A DNA stretch of 64,000 nucleotides from Pseudovirgaria hyperparasitica. Its lineage: Eukaryota. This document shows, piece after piece, positions 10,366 through 23,295 of this stretch. Position 1 is the stretch's first letter. Each line of letters starts with the position of its first letter. The notes under the pieces were generated by a model. The model was not told the DNA's origin. It saw only the letters and a list, made by a program, of their open reading frames with translations, and did no database searches. The stretch is from NCBI GenBank assembly GCA_010093815.1, contig ML996578.1. One strand, 5' to 3'. The position numbers and the translations under genes are program-made.

Positions 10366-11593
10366 GACGACGAAATATAGACAAAGGTCGTATAAAACCA
10401 GTCTTTTCTTGACAATGGAAAGAGAGCAGCAGACAGAATGTTGTTTAGACAACTGCCTGATTCTTATAAAACTCTCCTGCAACTGCGCCCTTCCCATCTC
10501 GTATCTTGCATAGACCAGCTCGAGCATCGCTATGCTCAAGGCTGATTCGGAGTGTATTCCATCAAGGGTGTTACGAGCTAGGGAGCTGTAAGTCGCGAAA
10601 GGACCCCATTTTCGGTCTAGAAAGCTCGTGTTCCGTCCAACGAGACATGTCAAAAACTCGGTAAACGCTATAGTGGCGGCGCCATGGCTGAAAGCTGAAC
10701 TATCTAGGAGCTTTGAACATATGACTGTTGGGGGTCCAGACAAATCCGATCAACAGATCAACACAGTGCGCATTCTATGTGTTCTGTGATTGGTTTTGAT
10801 CTTGCGTTCTGTCATTGTTGAGATGAGTTGCGCAGTCGCATCCGCGCCCGGTTCTGCTGGTGTGTCTGCGGAATGATACGTTACATTGATTTGCACACAA
10901 AGTCTCTATACGTTCGCACGCTAAGGGGACATACATCACGTTAGAAACGGCTACGAAACGACTCTCTGCTTCTTCTTCTTCTCCTTCTCCTTCTTGGTGT
11001 TGATACAACGGAGGGGCTGCTGTGGCGTAAGGCGGAAATGGCTTTGCATAAACTATTGTTTTATTTAGCGCACGTGAACCAATATGTGGAGCACAGTCCA
11101 TCGACAACAATACTTGCAGTGGAAGAGCTGCAGTCGCTGAGTCTAGTGTTTTCTTTTTGCTGCGTTCAAATCAGGATGGATGCTTCTGGTATGTACTGAA
11201 GTCTGAGGTGCTTCTTAAACTAGTCTGGACCGGAAAAGATCAGTTAGATATCTCTCGTCAGGAATAAGAAATGGTATGCTACAGGGGTCCGTGCCACTTG
11301 GTGTTCCTAACGGAAGATATACATAAATGTTTGAGCCTGTCCCTAATTGGTATATACCCATTAATTGCTACATATGTACAATGCTTTACTCAAACTTCAC
11401 CAGCTGGACTACCGCATAGTCATCGTGTTCAACCGCCTAAGCTACTCAGGCTGACCTCTTCCAACTAGACTATTGGTACAATGTGGTGAGAGCTCCAAGT
11501 ATGAGCTTTTCGACTTAAGGTACTGATGCACAAGTGGCTTCGCAGCTCAATTACACCGTTGCTCAGCTCCGCAGGGCAAGAGATGATTCTCTT

Positions 11594-12414
11594 CTATCTC
11601 CCTTCTTTCCAACCGATTGGTATGATGGCGGCGGCTATTTCTTGCAAGCCTCTTTCAGTTGCAAGAAGATTGTACTGAGCTGCAGCATTACGAGTATCCG
11701 AGACCTCGATTCTTATGCCCAAGTCGTTGATGTGTTTTCGAGTTCGAGGAGATATAGGCATCACATTGGGGCCTGTCCCGATGATGAGTAGATCTGTGTC
11801 CAGTTAGTTTTCATGTCTTGTTGATCCAGATTGTCGCAAGGCGTCATTGTTTGCATGCACGCTCATCCCATACCTGGTTTAGGCCATACCATCTCTAGAA
11901 GACCCCAAGCATCTTTCCTGACCTCCCATAATCCTTTCGCATTCCGCAATGTCTCGCTTCCGCTCTGGATGTCAGCAACAGTGCCATTCTCAATTTCTCG
12001 TGTCCACGGCCTCCAGTTGAAAGCTTGCCCATGCACGAGGAGCACACCACTGTCTTTTATCTGCTCCCCGCTACTCAAACGAAAGCCATCGGTCGTGCAT
12101 GCATCAATTGAAGATGCAGGGGTCGGAGTGTTCCTCAATATATTCATATCGGCAAAGTCGGTCTGCGTCTCTTCCTTGCTCTCTGGACCCCTATATCGAG
12201 ACTTAGGAGGCTCTGCAGCCCTTATTAAGGAACCATGTAGGTGGCGTGCGCATTGCGATGATGGATACTGGTGTGCTATGAGCTTACTCCGACACGAAAG
12301 ACAGCGATAGGGTCGAGTAGGGCGTATCTGGTGATGATGTCCACCTAGGAAGAGCGACGGACGAGAAACAACGGCGCGCAGAGTGTGAGCAGCGTTGTAA
12401 CTAAAAGATGCCAT
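11594..12414 (-). CDS. NDUFAF3: Complex I assembly factor NDUFAF3 (Mth938-like domain), 2 exons
   Basis: Arg/Ser-rich presequence-like N-terminus, then IDACTTDGFRLSSG. Intron 11873-11794 (GTATGG..CTAAC..CAG) gives WPKPDLLIIGTG..LGIRIEVSDTRNAAAQYNLLATERG..AAAIIPIGW, characteristic of the family. Confidence 0.92.
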
Positions 12415-13517
12415 GGACAAGTTGGCAATGATGGTTCCTGCTACGCAGAACACAACTCAAGGGAACGGAAGAAGATCATAACATCAACTTGACATCATAA
12501 TGTTTATGACAAAGAGGTAAAGCACTTTGAAAGGCATTGTATGGTAAAAGTCCGGCATCAATATGATTGGCTTGTCTGCCAATTGTCGTCATTAAGTCTA
12601 ATTTTGGAGGAGGCCTGCCGCGTGCTCAACTGATTCAGGAAGTGGATGAATCATTACATACTGTGAGCACTTCCGGATGGTTCTACGTATCGTCCGCGGC
12701 TTCATAATCGGTATCATTGCAGGGAGAAAGAAGTGCGCACAACGAGATTGGAAATGTTTCAGGTGGAGTCAACATGCAAACAGCCTGGATCGTAGCTCAG
12801 AAGAAGCGCATCTGTTCTAGCTCCTCCTTCTCTTGGCTGGAAACTAGTAGGAACCAATGACGACCCGGTGAGCGCGCCCTCCCGCTCCAACCAGACGATC
12901 CCTCCGCCCTCACCAACCTCCATTCAAGCCACTCTTCATTTGCGCCTTCTCGAGTATCACCATCTCTACCTCACCATCCCTCGCCTATACTACAGTGACG
13001 ACTCCGACTACCATTGTACACTCGCTTCTGGCTTCGTACCGAGATCATACTTTTTCCACCGTGCGCACCGCCGCCGAATCTCCCTGCTCCTCATAGCCTA
13101 CCTTATACTGCGCCTGATCACGACTCAGCAATTACGATCTCAAGACTCATTCAACTACTACCCTATCTATTTCGTGTCGGACTGACATAGCCCACTACAT
13201 CCTGCGCAGTGCTTTAAACGCGCCGACGTACTCGATAGCACAGGACCCACAGCAGGAGTATTGACAGTAATAATTTAATCGCTTCGAAGACACCAATTTC
13301 GGCAGATCAACCGAAGCTACATAGGACCTCCTACAGCAAGAGTCGTGAAATAGTCGGCCTATGACTTGAATCAGTTCTGTGAGCAAAGTCATTTGATCTG
13401 GCCTACGATGATCCATATGGGACGATACACCGAATGATTAAGCCCTCGAACGACCTTGCATGAACGTCTACAACCGTACAGCCAGATCGGCTACTCGCAA
13501 AGAAACCTCGATGCAAC

Positions 13518-16500
13518 ATGTCCAAGCAATTCGTCCTGCCTATCCGGGAGAGTTACACTAACTCAACGTCTATTTCAGACAACGTATCCCAAATAGATTC
13601 ACCGAATAATGTTTCACCCGTGCACAGCAAGGATTCCATAATGAACCAGTCGTCATTTATCCTGAATGCTAAAGCGATTATTGGCTTTAGAACATCCTCT
13701 CCTCGGCAAGCGCAAGAAGCTTCGCCACTCGTTTCGCCCGTAGGCTCAAGTAACCAAGGAACAGAGCTTCCACCCACACCACCTTCTCTAAACGCCCTCG
13801 AAATGACCTCTGGAGAGGCGAGTCACGCACAGGCTGTTGATACCTTCCGGGGTAGCCATATCATGAACAATCGGCCGTTGCATAGTACTCCTATCAACCA
13901 AAGATCGCCTCCAACACCAGACCCAAGTCCTCCTCGAGGCTCCAGCTCTTTGCACACCAATGTTCCTTGCCCCCCACTACGATACCCTTCCTCCAGAGCA
14001 GAATCATTTCAGACGGCCCGAGAAGAGCCATGGTCTACGAACAGCGAAGCAAGCGAAAGCCAGCACTCTTTGGCTAGAAGTCCATCGCCTGAACGGTATC
14101 AGAGTCCACCCATTGGCTTTCAAGAGATCCCGCAAAACGTCTCGATGAATTCTACAAGTGGTAATAATACACCTATGCAATCACTCGCTTCTACCAAGTC
14201 AACACATGAAATACAAGTACCATCGAACTCACATAGCCAAAGTAGTCTTTCTATCCGTTCTATACCGGATAGAGAATGGAATACCGAATTGATGAGGAGC
14301 GTCACTGTCCGAAGGAGTGCACGACCATGGACACCGGAACAAAGAATGATTGTGGGCTCTGCACAACCGACGCCGGCCTCATCGACACCCTGGGATACTA
14401 GCGCGCCCAGGAGATTGGAGAGGACCGAAAAGGATGGCGACCTAGAGCGACCTCGAATTGATACTTCAGGTAACGGAGATAGCTCTTGTTCAGAATACCC
14501 CAACGAAGTTGACCCTCTTTCGAAACAAAATCTCCACGATGGAGAACGGAAGCGAATTTCTACAGCTTCGTCGGTATCTACTGTCGTAGAGGCTATGGTT
14601 GTCGTCACATCGCCTCGTAAGCTTCAATCTTTGCGCCATGCAGGCAAAAACTTGGCTCTTCGGGGATGTAACGATGTACCTTCATTGAGCCCACGAGCCG
14701 CTCGGTCCCACTTACCGTCTTCCACTTCGGAGGATATTCCTCTGCACCGTCTTATCCACAAAAGATCACGAATACCTGATAGAAACAATCGCAATAGCTC
14801 AGAATCAGAAGCGTCAATTCAGTCAGGGCCTACGACGAGGATCGTTACCCAACCTCCTACGCTAAATGCAGATCGACCGCAAGGAATACGCACTGAAAAG
14901 GCAAGAGCACGTACTGTATCGACGCCAATGAAAACTCTGTATCCTAGTCCCAAGGCTACCGACAAAAATATTCAGGGATATTTTGATATTCCTCATCGAA
15001 ACATTGAAGCACAAGCCAGTACGCCGGGCACAGCTTCACCTCTCTTTCGATACATCTCACCTTATTCACAATCCACACCACATTCGCAACATAGCTCGCC
15101 ACGCCTGCAACATAAGATGAGGAACATATCTCTACCAACTTATCATAGATCTCCCGATGGTCTCACTTGGCCAAAGAACGATTCGAGCCCTTCAGCCTCT
15201 AATCGATCTCAAAACGCGCACGAGGACGCCATAGAAAGAGCGCAGTCAGCGGCTCATGCTATCTCCCAACACGTTCGATCGGCTAGTTCGCCAGCGACCA
15301 ATGGTGCAAAGCTACCGATTTCGCCGCCGAGGGGGAGTCAGAGCTTTCTGGATTCTCCAGCACCCTCAGAAAGGCGATCTCCTCCCCACTCCGAGCACAC
15401 ATTCTTGCATTCTCCAGCACTATCAGAGAAAATATCAGATCATGAGATGAGTGCCAGTACCAGAATAATGTCTCCAAGTTCGCCCAAACGCATGAAGAGG
15501 GTCAGCGTAGCACCAGCAGAGGATCTAACACGTCCGAGCTTGGATGTTCCTAATTCGCGCGTGGACGACAATAAACGGACGAGTATGGCATCATCTGCTC
15601 GTACAGACGAACATGCTCTTGCTCGTCACCTCTACGCTCAAAACACTCCATTCTCATTCTCTCAATTCTCGACTACACCCGACGCACTCGAAGTTAGCGA
15701 GGCAACTGCTATTAGTATCTTCCCTCACAATAATGATTCGCTTCTCGTCGTTCAGCAAGTCGCTAGATCAAGCACCGTTACTGGCCAGATCACTTCGCCC
15801 GAACCTCAAGATACGCTGCGCGCAACTCCGCTCGTTCAGCCAGCTTTGACTGTGGAGCCTTGTACTCCGCCTTTAGCTTCGTCAGAGAATGCTCTGGTCG
15901 ATTCACCACTAAGGAACCCTCGTAAACCGCCGAGTCCTCCGGTCATACAGTTCATACCACCAACGCCTGCGGAGGAGCTAGAACGAGAACTCGTAATCGA
16001 GCCGAAGCGACGAGTCAGTCTCAAGGAAAAGGCGCGGCGGTACTCTGATAATTACATTGCTCCAATATTCGCGCGTTCGCCGTCAAAGGCTCGTCGAACA
16101 AGTAGCAACCCACCGCACACGCGAATTCCGAACATTACAGAACAAGACGGGAATCTTCACCCATTCTGGAAACCGCGCGGCTTTTGGGACGGCTTCGAGG
16201 ACACCACGGATAGCGAAGATTCTTTCGAAGAAGATGACGTTCTCCCCCGGGGTGGGGACACTAGCGAAGTAACAGATTGCGAGAAGAAGCTGCCTCTGGG
16301 AAGGCGCCTAACGAACGGTTTGAGAGGAAGTGGCGGATTTCTCAAAGGAAACTCCCTTGGAATTGAAAGACATGGAACGAATAAGCGCCGCCACCACATA
16401 TCTGGGCCTACCAATCTTAGTGGCCACCGTCGAGAGGTTGGTAATTCTCCCGTCAGATCAACCCATCCTGCACTCAATCCTCTGGGACGGATTGAAAAGA

Positions 16501-16724
16501 GAATCTTACATACTCATTCGAACCGTAGCATGTCAAATGCCTCACAAAGGATGACTCGCTGGCGAAAGGTTCACAAAATTCCAGGTCTGGGTATCCACAT
16601 TCAGTATGTTGGTTTCAATGGCATGAAGGAGAGGATCAGAGAGAAGAAAGCAGAGAAGAGAAGGGAGGCAATCCGGCAAAGCATAGGCCCGCGACTTTAT
16701 GTGGAGGGTTCAGGAGTTGTGTGA
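13518..16724 (+). CDS. Large Ser/Pro-rich, mostly disordered hypothetical protein (1068 aa)
   Basis: 3.2-kb uninterrupted ORF. Islands that look like conserved filamentous-fungal motifs: ALEVSEATAISIFPHNNDSLLVVQQ, VDSPLRNPRKPP, LHPFWKPRGFWD. Confidence 0.85.
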   Translation: MSKQFVLPIRESYTNSTSISDNVSQIDSPNNVSPVHSKDSIMNQSSFILNAKAIIGFRTSSPRQAQEASPLVSPVGSSNQGTELPPTPPSLNALEMTSGEASHAQAVDTFRGSHIMNNRPLHSTPINQRSPPTPDPSPPRGSSSLHTNVPCPPLRYPSSRAESFQTAREEPWSTNSEASESQHSLARSPSPERYQSPPIGFQEIPQNVSMNSTSGNNTPMQSLASTKSTHEIQVPSNSHSQSSLSIRSIPDREWNTELMRSVTVRRSARPWTPEQRMIVGSAQPTPASSTPWDTSAPRRLERTEKDGDLERPRIDTSGNGDSSCSEYPNEVDPLSKQNLHDGERKRISTASSVSTVVEAMVVVTSPRKLQSLRHAGKNLALRGCNDVPSLSPRAARSHLPSSTSEDIPLHRLIHKRSRIPDRNNRNSSESEASIQSGPTTRIVTQPPTLNADRPQGIRTEKARARTVSTPMKTLYPSPKATDKNIQGYFDIPHRNIEAQASTPGTASPLFRYISPYSQSTPHSQHSSPRLQHKMRNISLPTYHRSPDGLTWPKNDSSPSASNRSQNAHEDAIERAQSAAHAISQHVRSASSPATNGAKLPISPPRGSQSFLDSPAPSERRSPPHSEHTFLHSPALSEKISDHEMSASTRIMSPSSPKRMKRVSVAPAEDLTRPSLDVPNSRVDDNKRTSMASSARTDEHALARHLYAQNTPFSFSQFSTTPDALEVSEATAISIFPHNNDSLLVVQQVARSSTVTGQITSPEPQDTLRATPLVQPALTVEPCTPPLASSENALVDSPLRNPRKPPSPPVIQFIPPTPAEELERELVIEPKRRVSLKEKARRYSDNYIAPIFARSPSKARRTSSNPPHTRIPNITEQDGNLHPFWKPRGFWDGFEDTTDSEDSFEEDDVLPRGGDTSEVTDCEKKLPLGRRLTNGLRGSGGFLKGNSLGIERHGTNKRRHHISGPTNLSGHRREVGNSPVRSTHPALNPLGRIEKRILHTHSNRSMSNASQRMTRWRKVHKIPGLGIHIQYVGFNGMKERIREKKAEKRREAIRQSIGPRLYVEGSGVV

Positions 16725-18235
16725 AGGGTGGGACGGCGCAATTGGTTGGTTGGCATCGCGGGAAAAGTAATTACGGCAACGGTGTCGACGACAATGTATC
16801 TACGACGGAATTGTTAGCAAGGTGTTTAGGTTACGTCAGCAACTGGCTAGAAGTGGACGATTTGATGCATTGATGTATAACGACATTACGATTGCTAGCT
16901 CAGGTTTACCACTTAGGTATTAGTTATCAGCACACGGATTGCTCTTACCATTTGCATAAATTGTATCATCAAATCATTTAGAAAAGTCTGTACGGATTCG
17001 GTAATTTCTCAACACATGTAGATCGTGACGAAAACATATCTCCGAGCGCGGATAATAGAGCAAATCACCAGGGTATCCTTGGAAATCGAGCATGCCTAAG
17101 ACCAACCAAGGTAAAGCAGCAAGCGGCGAGCTGTGTATGGTATCTTCTCGATCGTGGCGGCTCTGGTAGGGAGGCGCAAGAGATCCTGGAGACTATATCT
17201 TGGCTAGTAGAACGGCACAGTGATGACGAAGAAGGGCGCGAGCAACGATTGTGATAATGACGGGAAGTTTGATGGATGTCGCGCATGTGCATCAAAGGTG
17301 ATAATATAGGAGTGAAGGAATGAATGCTGATGTGGGGCTCCTATAAAGCACATGCTACACGCAGATCCATATCTGTTTCACGATGAGCAACCCTGAACCC
17401 CCTCCCTGTTTCACTCCACAGTACCGATATTGGGAAATACAGATTCACGCCTTTGCTTCTAGCAAGGCTGGTCACTGCAGTCAGTCTATGTCTATGTTTG
17501 GCAAGATTCACGATAGCAGGCTATAATAATTGTGATGTGTCGAACTCTAGAGCTGCGACGCCGTAGCACACTCAGGGTACTATGTACAGCAGAGCACTTG
17601 GCGCGTGAATTACTACAGTATAGTCATACCAGCGCAGAAGAGGCAACGTAGCGCAACGAGCACTCGTACCTAGGCTTGACGCATTGGCGAGAGGGCGGCC
17701 GTTGCAATCGCTTATAGAAATTCAGGGCATCACGGCATCAGGGTTCTTTTTCACTAAATATTAACTAATTAGCACCCAGCACTTGAGGCCAGACAAGAGT
17801 ACCCAGGGCGGCCAGAGTAGGGCAGCAAGACGCTTGAGCGTTGAGCGCCGCACACAACTGCTAGTAGTACTGCGGCACTGCCACTATCCACTGCACCATT
17901 CGCTCATCCCAATCTGTCCCATATTACTTCTCTACAACCGCCAAAAGATAACGGCTGGCCGTCGTCAATCCGGTTGCCTATCTTCCCCACGACTTCTCTT
18001 CCACTCTTCTCTTCCTCTACTCTGTTTTTTTCCTTTGTCTCCTTCTCTCGTTCTCTACCCCTGGGGTCCACCTTGAACGGCCATCTGCAGCCTCGTGCCT
18101 TCAAATTCCCGCCGAGACACCACCCCTCCTCCAGATCCCGCTCAGGCCTGCGACTCGCGTGCCCCCTTCTCGACTTGCTCGTTTGCACTCAAATCTTTCT
18201 CATACATTCTAGGCACGTCCGATACTCCTTTAGTT

Positions 18236-21200
18236 ATGGAAGATGGAGGTAAACTTTTTGGCAAGAGCCGTTGGAGGGGCAAGTTATTTTCCAAGGACGA
18301 TGAGCCAGGTAAAACGACTGCACGACCACTCAACAACGATGTGATGGACTTTCTGGCGCCATCGACGCAAAAAGCACAAGCAATCGCACAGAAGCCCAAG
18401 ATCGACATATCTGCTGCGAAGAGGTGGCCCGATGCCAGCGACATAAAGAACGCTCCAAGCCCAGTCGTCAACTCTGCGCTACGTGGTGCCAAAATTAGTA
18501 AAAGAGGGAAAGCTCTCACAGTCACATTTGTGAGAAGCGCGCCTGATGTTATCGGAGAGGGCGGTGATATGGCTGAAGATCCGGTCATTATCGTATCGCA
18601 GATGAAGACAGCGCACGCCCCTAGAAAGATAACGCAACAAGACGATGCTGCAATGAATCTGAACTTTTACCCCACGGCTGGTATACATGGACGTCCTGGT
18701 GCGCGCTCGCCTAATGCGCTGAGTGAAAGACCGCAGATGCGTGCAAGAGCTGATACAAGTCATGGCGAAGTCTCGCAGCCTTTGTACCAAAAGCTTGAGA
18801 AACGTAAATCACCGCCTCTTCCTCCTCAGGGCCCTCAGGCAGGAGAAGGCTTCGGTTTCCGTCCGAAGCCTCTAGCACGAGCGCCGACTGGGTTCAATAC
18901 TATCGAAGAGCCAGCTCCACCTCCATTCAAGACCGACGAGGAGGACGATTTCGTACCAAAACCTTTGAAGCGTGCACAGACGGGCTTCAGCGCCAGTGGA
19001 GAATACCCATCGAGCGATGAAGAGCCCAAGTTACCGAATGTGGATTTCGAAGATCCTCATATAGACAAGTTGAACAGACAAAAACGAACATTTTCTGCCC
19101 AGATGCGACAGAAGATGGTGGAAGAAGAGGCACAAGCGTTCCATAAAGCATTGTTGACTCAGAGAGATTCGGACGAAAATGAACGACCGCAGACCGCAAG
19201 TGACGACTCTTCAAGCCCGCCTCAGGCTCTGCAGCCTCCAGGACCTCCTCCAAACCGTACGCTTCCACAGCCAAGACCTGTGGTGGCCACAGGAAACGGA
19301 TTTAAACCATATGTCCCAAACAAACCCCAAGTACTGAGCCCTGAGGAAATATCTCCCAATGTAACAGGAAAATTTTCGCAAGATCGCGGCTCTCCTTACC
19401 AGCCACAACCGTCCCCTCGGTTGAGATCACCCACAAATGTAGCACCATCTCATGATACCCAGCCTCGCCAGCGTACTGGACGCTCGCCTGTACCTGCTGG
19501 ACCACGCGAATCACCCAAGCCATACAAACCTTCTCCAGAGCCGAATTCTGTCCGACAGCCTACACAGTCCCCTATACCAGGATCACAGCCCCGCGACCTG
19601 CCTCCATACTCACAATCAGCACCTGAAAAACCAGTGAGCCGGCTGAATCAGGAAGCGAGTATTGATAGGTCCCGTAGACCTCGGGCAGACACAGCAGTGT
19701 CTGCTACACCATCTGCAGGTGATGCTGCACTGGAAGACTTCGCGGAACGTGTGACCCACATGCGCAGCATTTTCCGTCTTACAGCGGAGCTAGAACGAGC
19801 TTTATATGACCATAGTCCTACCACATATTCAAGAGCTGCAATATGGTGGTTCCTTAAAGGTCGTACGGGTCTGGAGGATATGATTCGCAACAGCCAGAGG
19901 GATGGACCTGCTCCACAAGAACGCCTCATGCAGCCGCACGTTGACTTGGCAAAAACTTGGTGGATAATCACAGATGTCATGGGATCACATCCTGCTTTGC
20001 GGAATTATCATGACATCTCACCGCAAGCTCAATCTAAAGCTGCGAGAGATGCGAGCGATAAAGCCGCAGCTGAAATTTTTGAGCTAATCGAGATGGTATC
20101 CACAAATCTTAAAGCTCTCGTATCGTCAATGAGCCGGAACGGCGTCATGCCACCACAACAAGCTCTCATACAAGGACAAGACCAGTCGATATGGATCAAA
20201 TACCCAAAGTTTCACTCAGATGTCGCGCCTCTGCTTGTTGGGAAGAGTTCTCGTTCTTTGTTAGCTGAGGAGTCCTCATCCAATGCCAATCCCATGTCTA
20301 CAATGCCTCTTAGTGATACACGAGACGAATTTTGCTATGGAAGGATGTTTGTACGCGTTTCTTTGTCCACAGACGACGCTGACACTGATCGGGTTGACTT
20401 GCCGTGTGTGCTGACAATTTTACGTCCGCGAGACGACTGGAGGCTCAAAGTCGCAATTTGCAGTCAAAGCGAGCTCGTAAATATCATAGTTCAAGGTGAC
20501 AGAAAGGCTGGACCAACATGGGAAGATGTGCAATGGCGTACTAAAGCCCGAGGTCTGACTGTACATCTACCGCGAGGGTATGCTTTGAATGTCGATTTCC
20601 AAGAAAAAGACTTTAGGACTCTGTATAACATCTACGACTATACGGCAAGGATTGAACGTAGTCTTGCGCCTGAGCCTGAGATTGAGAAGATTAGCTACGA
20701 ACTCACCCTGAGAGACTTCCAGTATACCAACACAGCCAATCCTCAAGCATTCCCACAGGATCGAGTAAGAAGATGCCGAGTCAAGATCTTCGAGAGACAG
20801 GATCATGTAGCTCACGGAACCGGCTTGCGACGATTTCATCGCGGATACCGTTTTGTTGTTTGTTCGAGTCCAAGAAACAAGACTTTGAACAGTGTTTGTC
20901 ACACCCTCGGCATTTCAGCACCTGTTGATTTCGAATTCAGACAGGATTCCAACGGCCAGGATTCACTACCTGCACTGCAATTGCGCTGTATAGATGCTAA
21001 ATCGAAGACCACCATGGTTCTCGGCTTCAACAACACGAAGGAGCGCAGTGCTCTATTCGCAGCATTGACTGGAATGAATCCTGATAAGGAAGAGACAGTG
21101 TTTGCTCAAATGCCGTTGCAAAGTCTCACAATTGAACCAACGGCCGTTAGTGGCGTGTCATCTTCTGTAGGCGCCGTCACAAAGAATTTTAAATGGACGG

Positions 21201-22088
21201 ACGTAAAGGTTATCAATGCTGATCCTGAAGTTACCAACACGGACATACCCAAGACAGTGATGAGCGAGTACCTTCGAGTGGTTGCGCGTCATAACGCAGG
21301 TAGCTGGACGGACTGGATGAACCTTGCGCCTGGGCAGATGCAGATCCGTCTCGACACCACGAAAAGCCCAAGGTTACTTATGAAACGCGAACCTCAACTC
21401 GACGTAACGGCGTCGATTGACGCGAAACGAGCAGAGTCGAGTGCACCAGAGGCACTCAATCAGCTCGTTCAGGTAATCGAGAAAGCATCAACAATACGAG
21501 TCTTTGAGTTTCAAAATATGCAAGATCTCCACAATTTCGAATCGGCTGTTACCGGTTTCAGCATTCGCTTTGATGGCGTTGCCAGTACGGTACACATCGC
21601 ACGTCGTCGAATGGTCGTGCCCATTTACAAAAAATGGGAGGCCAATCAGGTCCGCGTTCAGATTGTGGAGCGTGAAAACATGTGCCAGGTCGTCTTTTTT
21701 TTCGATAATTTTTCGCATGCCGAGGCCATGAATTTCCAGATCAAGCAAATGGATGTGTTCGAGAAGATTGATAAAGGCAAGGGTTTCAGCGGCGGTAGCA
21801 ACTGGGGCTTGAAGCTCGCAGATGCCAAGTTCGCATTGCCTGGTGGGAAGGGCGAGGGGCGAGAAGGGAAAGGGGAGAAGAACAGGTTCTTGAGCTTGGA
21901 TCTGCTTGAGTATGCAGGTGAACATGATGATATCACCATTGGGTTTGACTCACAGGAAGGTAAGTGCACTGTAATCTGGATATCGTTGCCAAATGCCCTA
22001 ACAATATCCAGAGCGCGATCGTTTCTCGCGAGCCCTACCAGCGGCCACGCAGGTAGTCCGTTCAATGACCATGCGAAGGAAGATATAA
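18236..22088 (+). CDS. Conserved fungal hypothetical protein: Pro-rich N-terminal half and folded, beta-rich (possibly tandem PH-like) C-terminal half; 2 exons
   Basis: First in-frame ATG at 18236 (MEDGGKLFGKSRWRGKLF). Intron 21960-22011 (GTAAGT..CTAAC..CAG) gives the C-terminus GFDSQEERDRFSRALPAATQVVRSMTMRRKI* (TAA 22086-22088), replacing the read-through tail in the ORF track. Confidence 0.88.
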
Positions 22089-23295
22089 ACATTGGCCTCT
22101 CACACAGGCGTGCAAACGTGAACATCGGGTTCACTTCTCTACTATTGCAATTGGAGTGGAGCACGCAATTTATCAAGGATTACCCTTTCTCTACGACATC
22201 CCTCTATCAACATACTTTCACTTTGTCCACGCTTCGCACGGCTGGACTCCGCACGCACTTTTTGTTCTTTCTTAGTTTGTCAATGCGTTGCAGAGCAACC
22301 GTTACCACAATGAGGCGACTATTGCTCTATCAGTCTTTTTCGAGCGGACGGCGCTTTTCCCTTGCATGGCGTCTGGTTATTATCTGGGCTTGATTGGCTG
22401 TAAACTTTCCGATCAAGAGTGGAATCGAAGGTCATCGGGAATGAGATGAATTTTGGTACTGGATACGAAGTTTTATATCCCCATATGCATTAGGCCATAA
22501 CAGTCTAACGCTTCCGAGCCATGATGGAGGGAGAGGTTAGGGAGACAGTTCACAGAACAGTTAACTCATAAATGAGATTTGAAACATGACAGGAATGGAC
22601 CTGCGTATGTCATCATGTGTTGTGTCGTTCTTTCACGTGAGAAGACGAAGATAAGCGAAGACTTACAGATGAACGAGCGTCCGGAAGTCAGGATAAAGCA
22701 AGGACCCTGAAGATCATATCTAGGTAGCCCAGCTGGATAAAACTTCCGCCAGTTTCGGTCTACGCGCTTTTCACCATCTATATAACTCTCAAATTTCTTG
22801 ATTTGGTTCTCGTGATTCTCTACAATCCACAGTGAAAAAAGCAACGTTGTGGCAATGATACGGTGGTGTCGAGCTGACTCATGTTCGTTTGCACGAGGGC
22901 GTCATCATTGTCACCCACAGCTCCGAGCTATGACCGAACCGATGAAAGCGCTGGAGGAACGCCACGGATACATATATCCGCAGATCGCCATGACGCTTTG
23001 GCGATTTAGGGCTACTGTGCTTTGTATTTCGTATCCAGCTATCTCTTACTTTTTCGTGACGAGTGGATCAAATCGCATCTGCTGCCATACAATAACAATT
23101 GGTCGTCATCCTCCTGGCCCCCTACTTTCCCTCGACCCTCTGTTTACCGTATCTACCCACGTTTGGTCTCCACTTTGAAAATTTGTGATGGCATCTTGTC
23201 ATACCTTGAGTCACACCGCTTCAAGTATAATACCGACAGAAGCCTTCGGCTTGTGCTGAGGCGCGCGTATCTACCTTGTCGAACAGCAGAGCACC

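Noticed and set aside
18095..18235. GTG-initiated N-terminal extension of the same ORF
   Set aside because: Eukaryotic context and leader-like pyrimidine-rich sequence. There is no evidence for non-AUG initiation.
22012..22393. C-terminal extension of the 1432-aa ORF in the track
   Set aside because: It is read-through of intron 21960-22011. The spliced frame stops at 22088.
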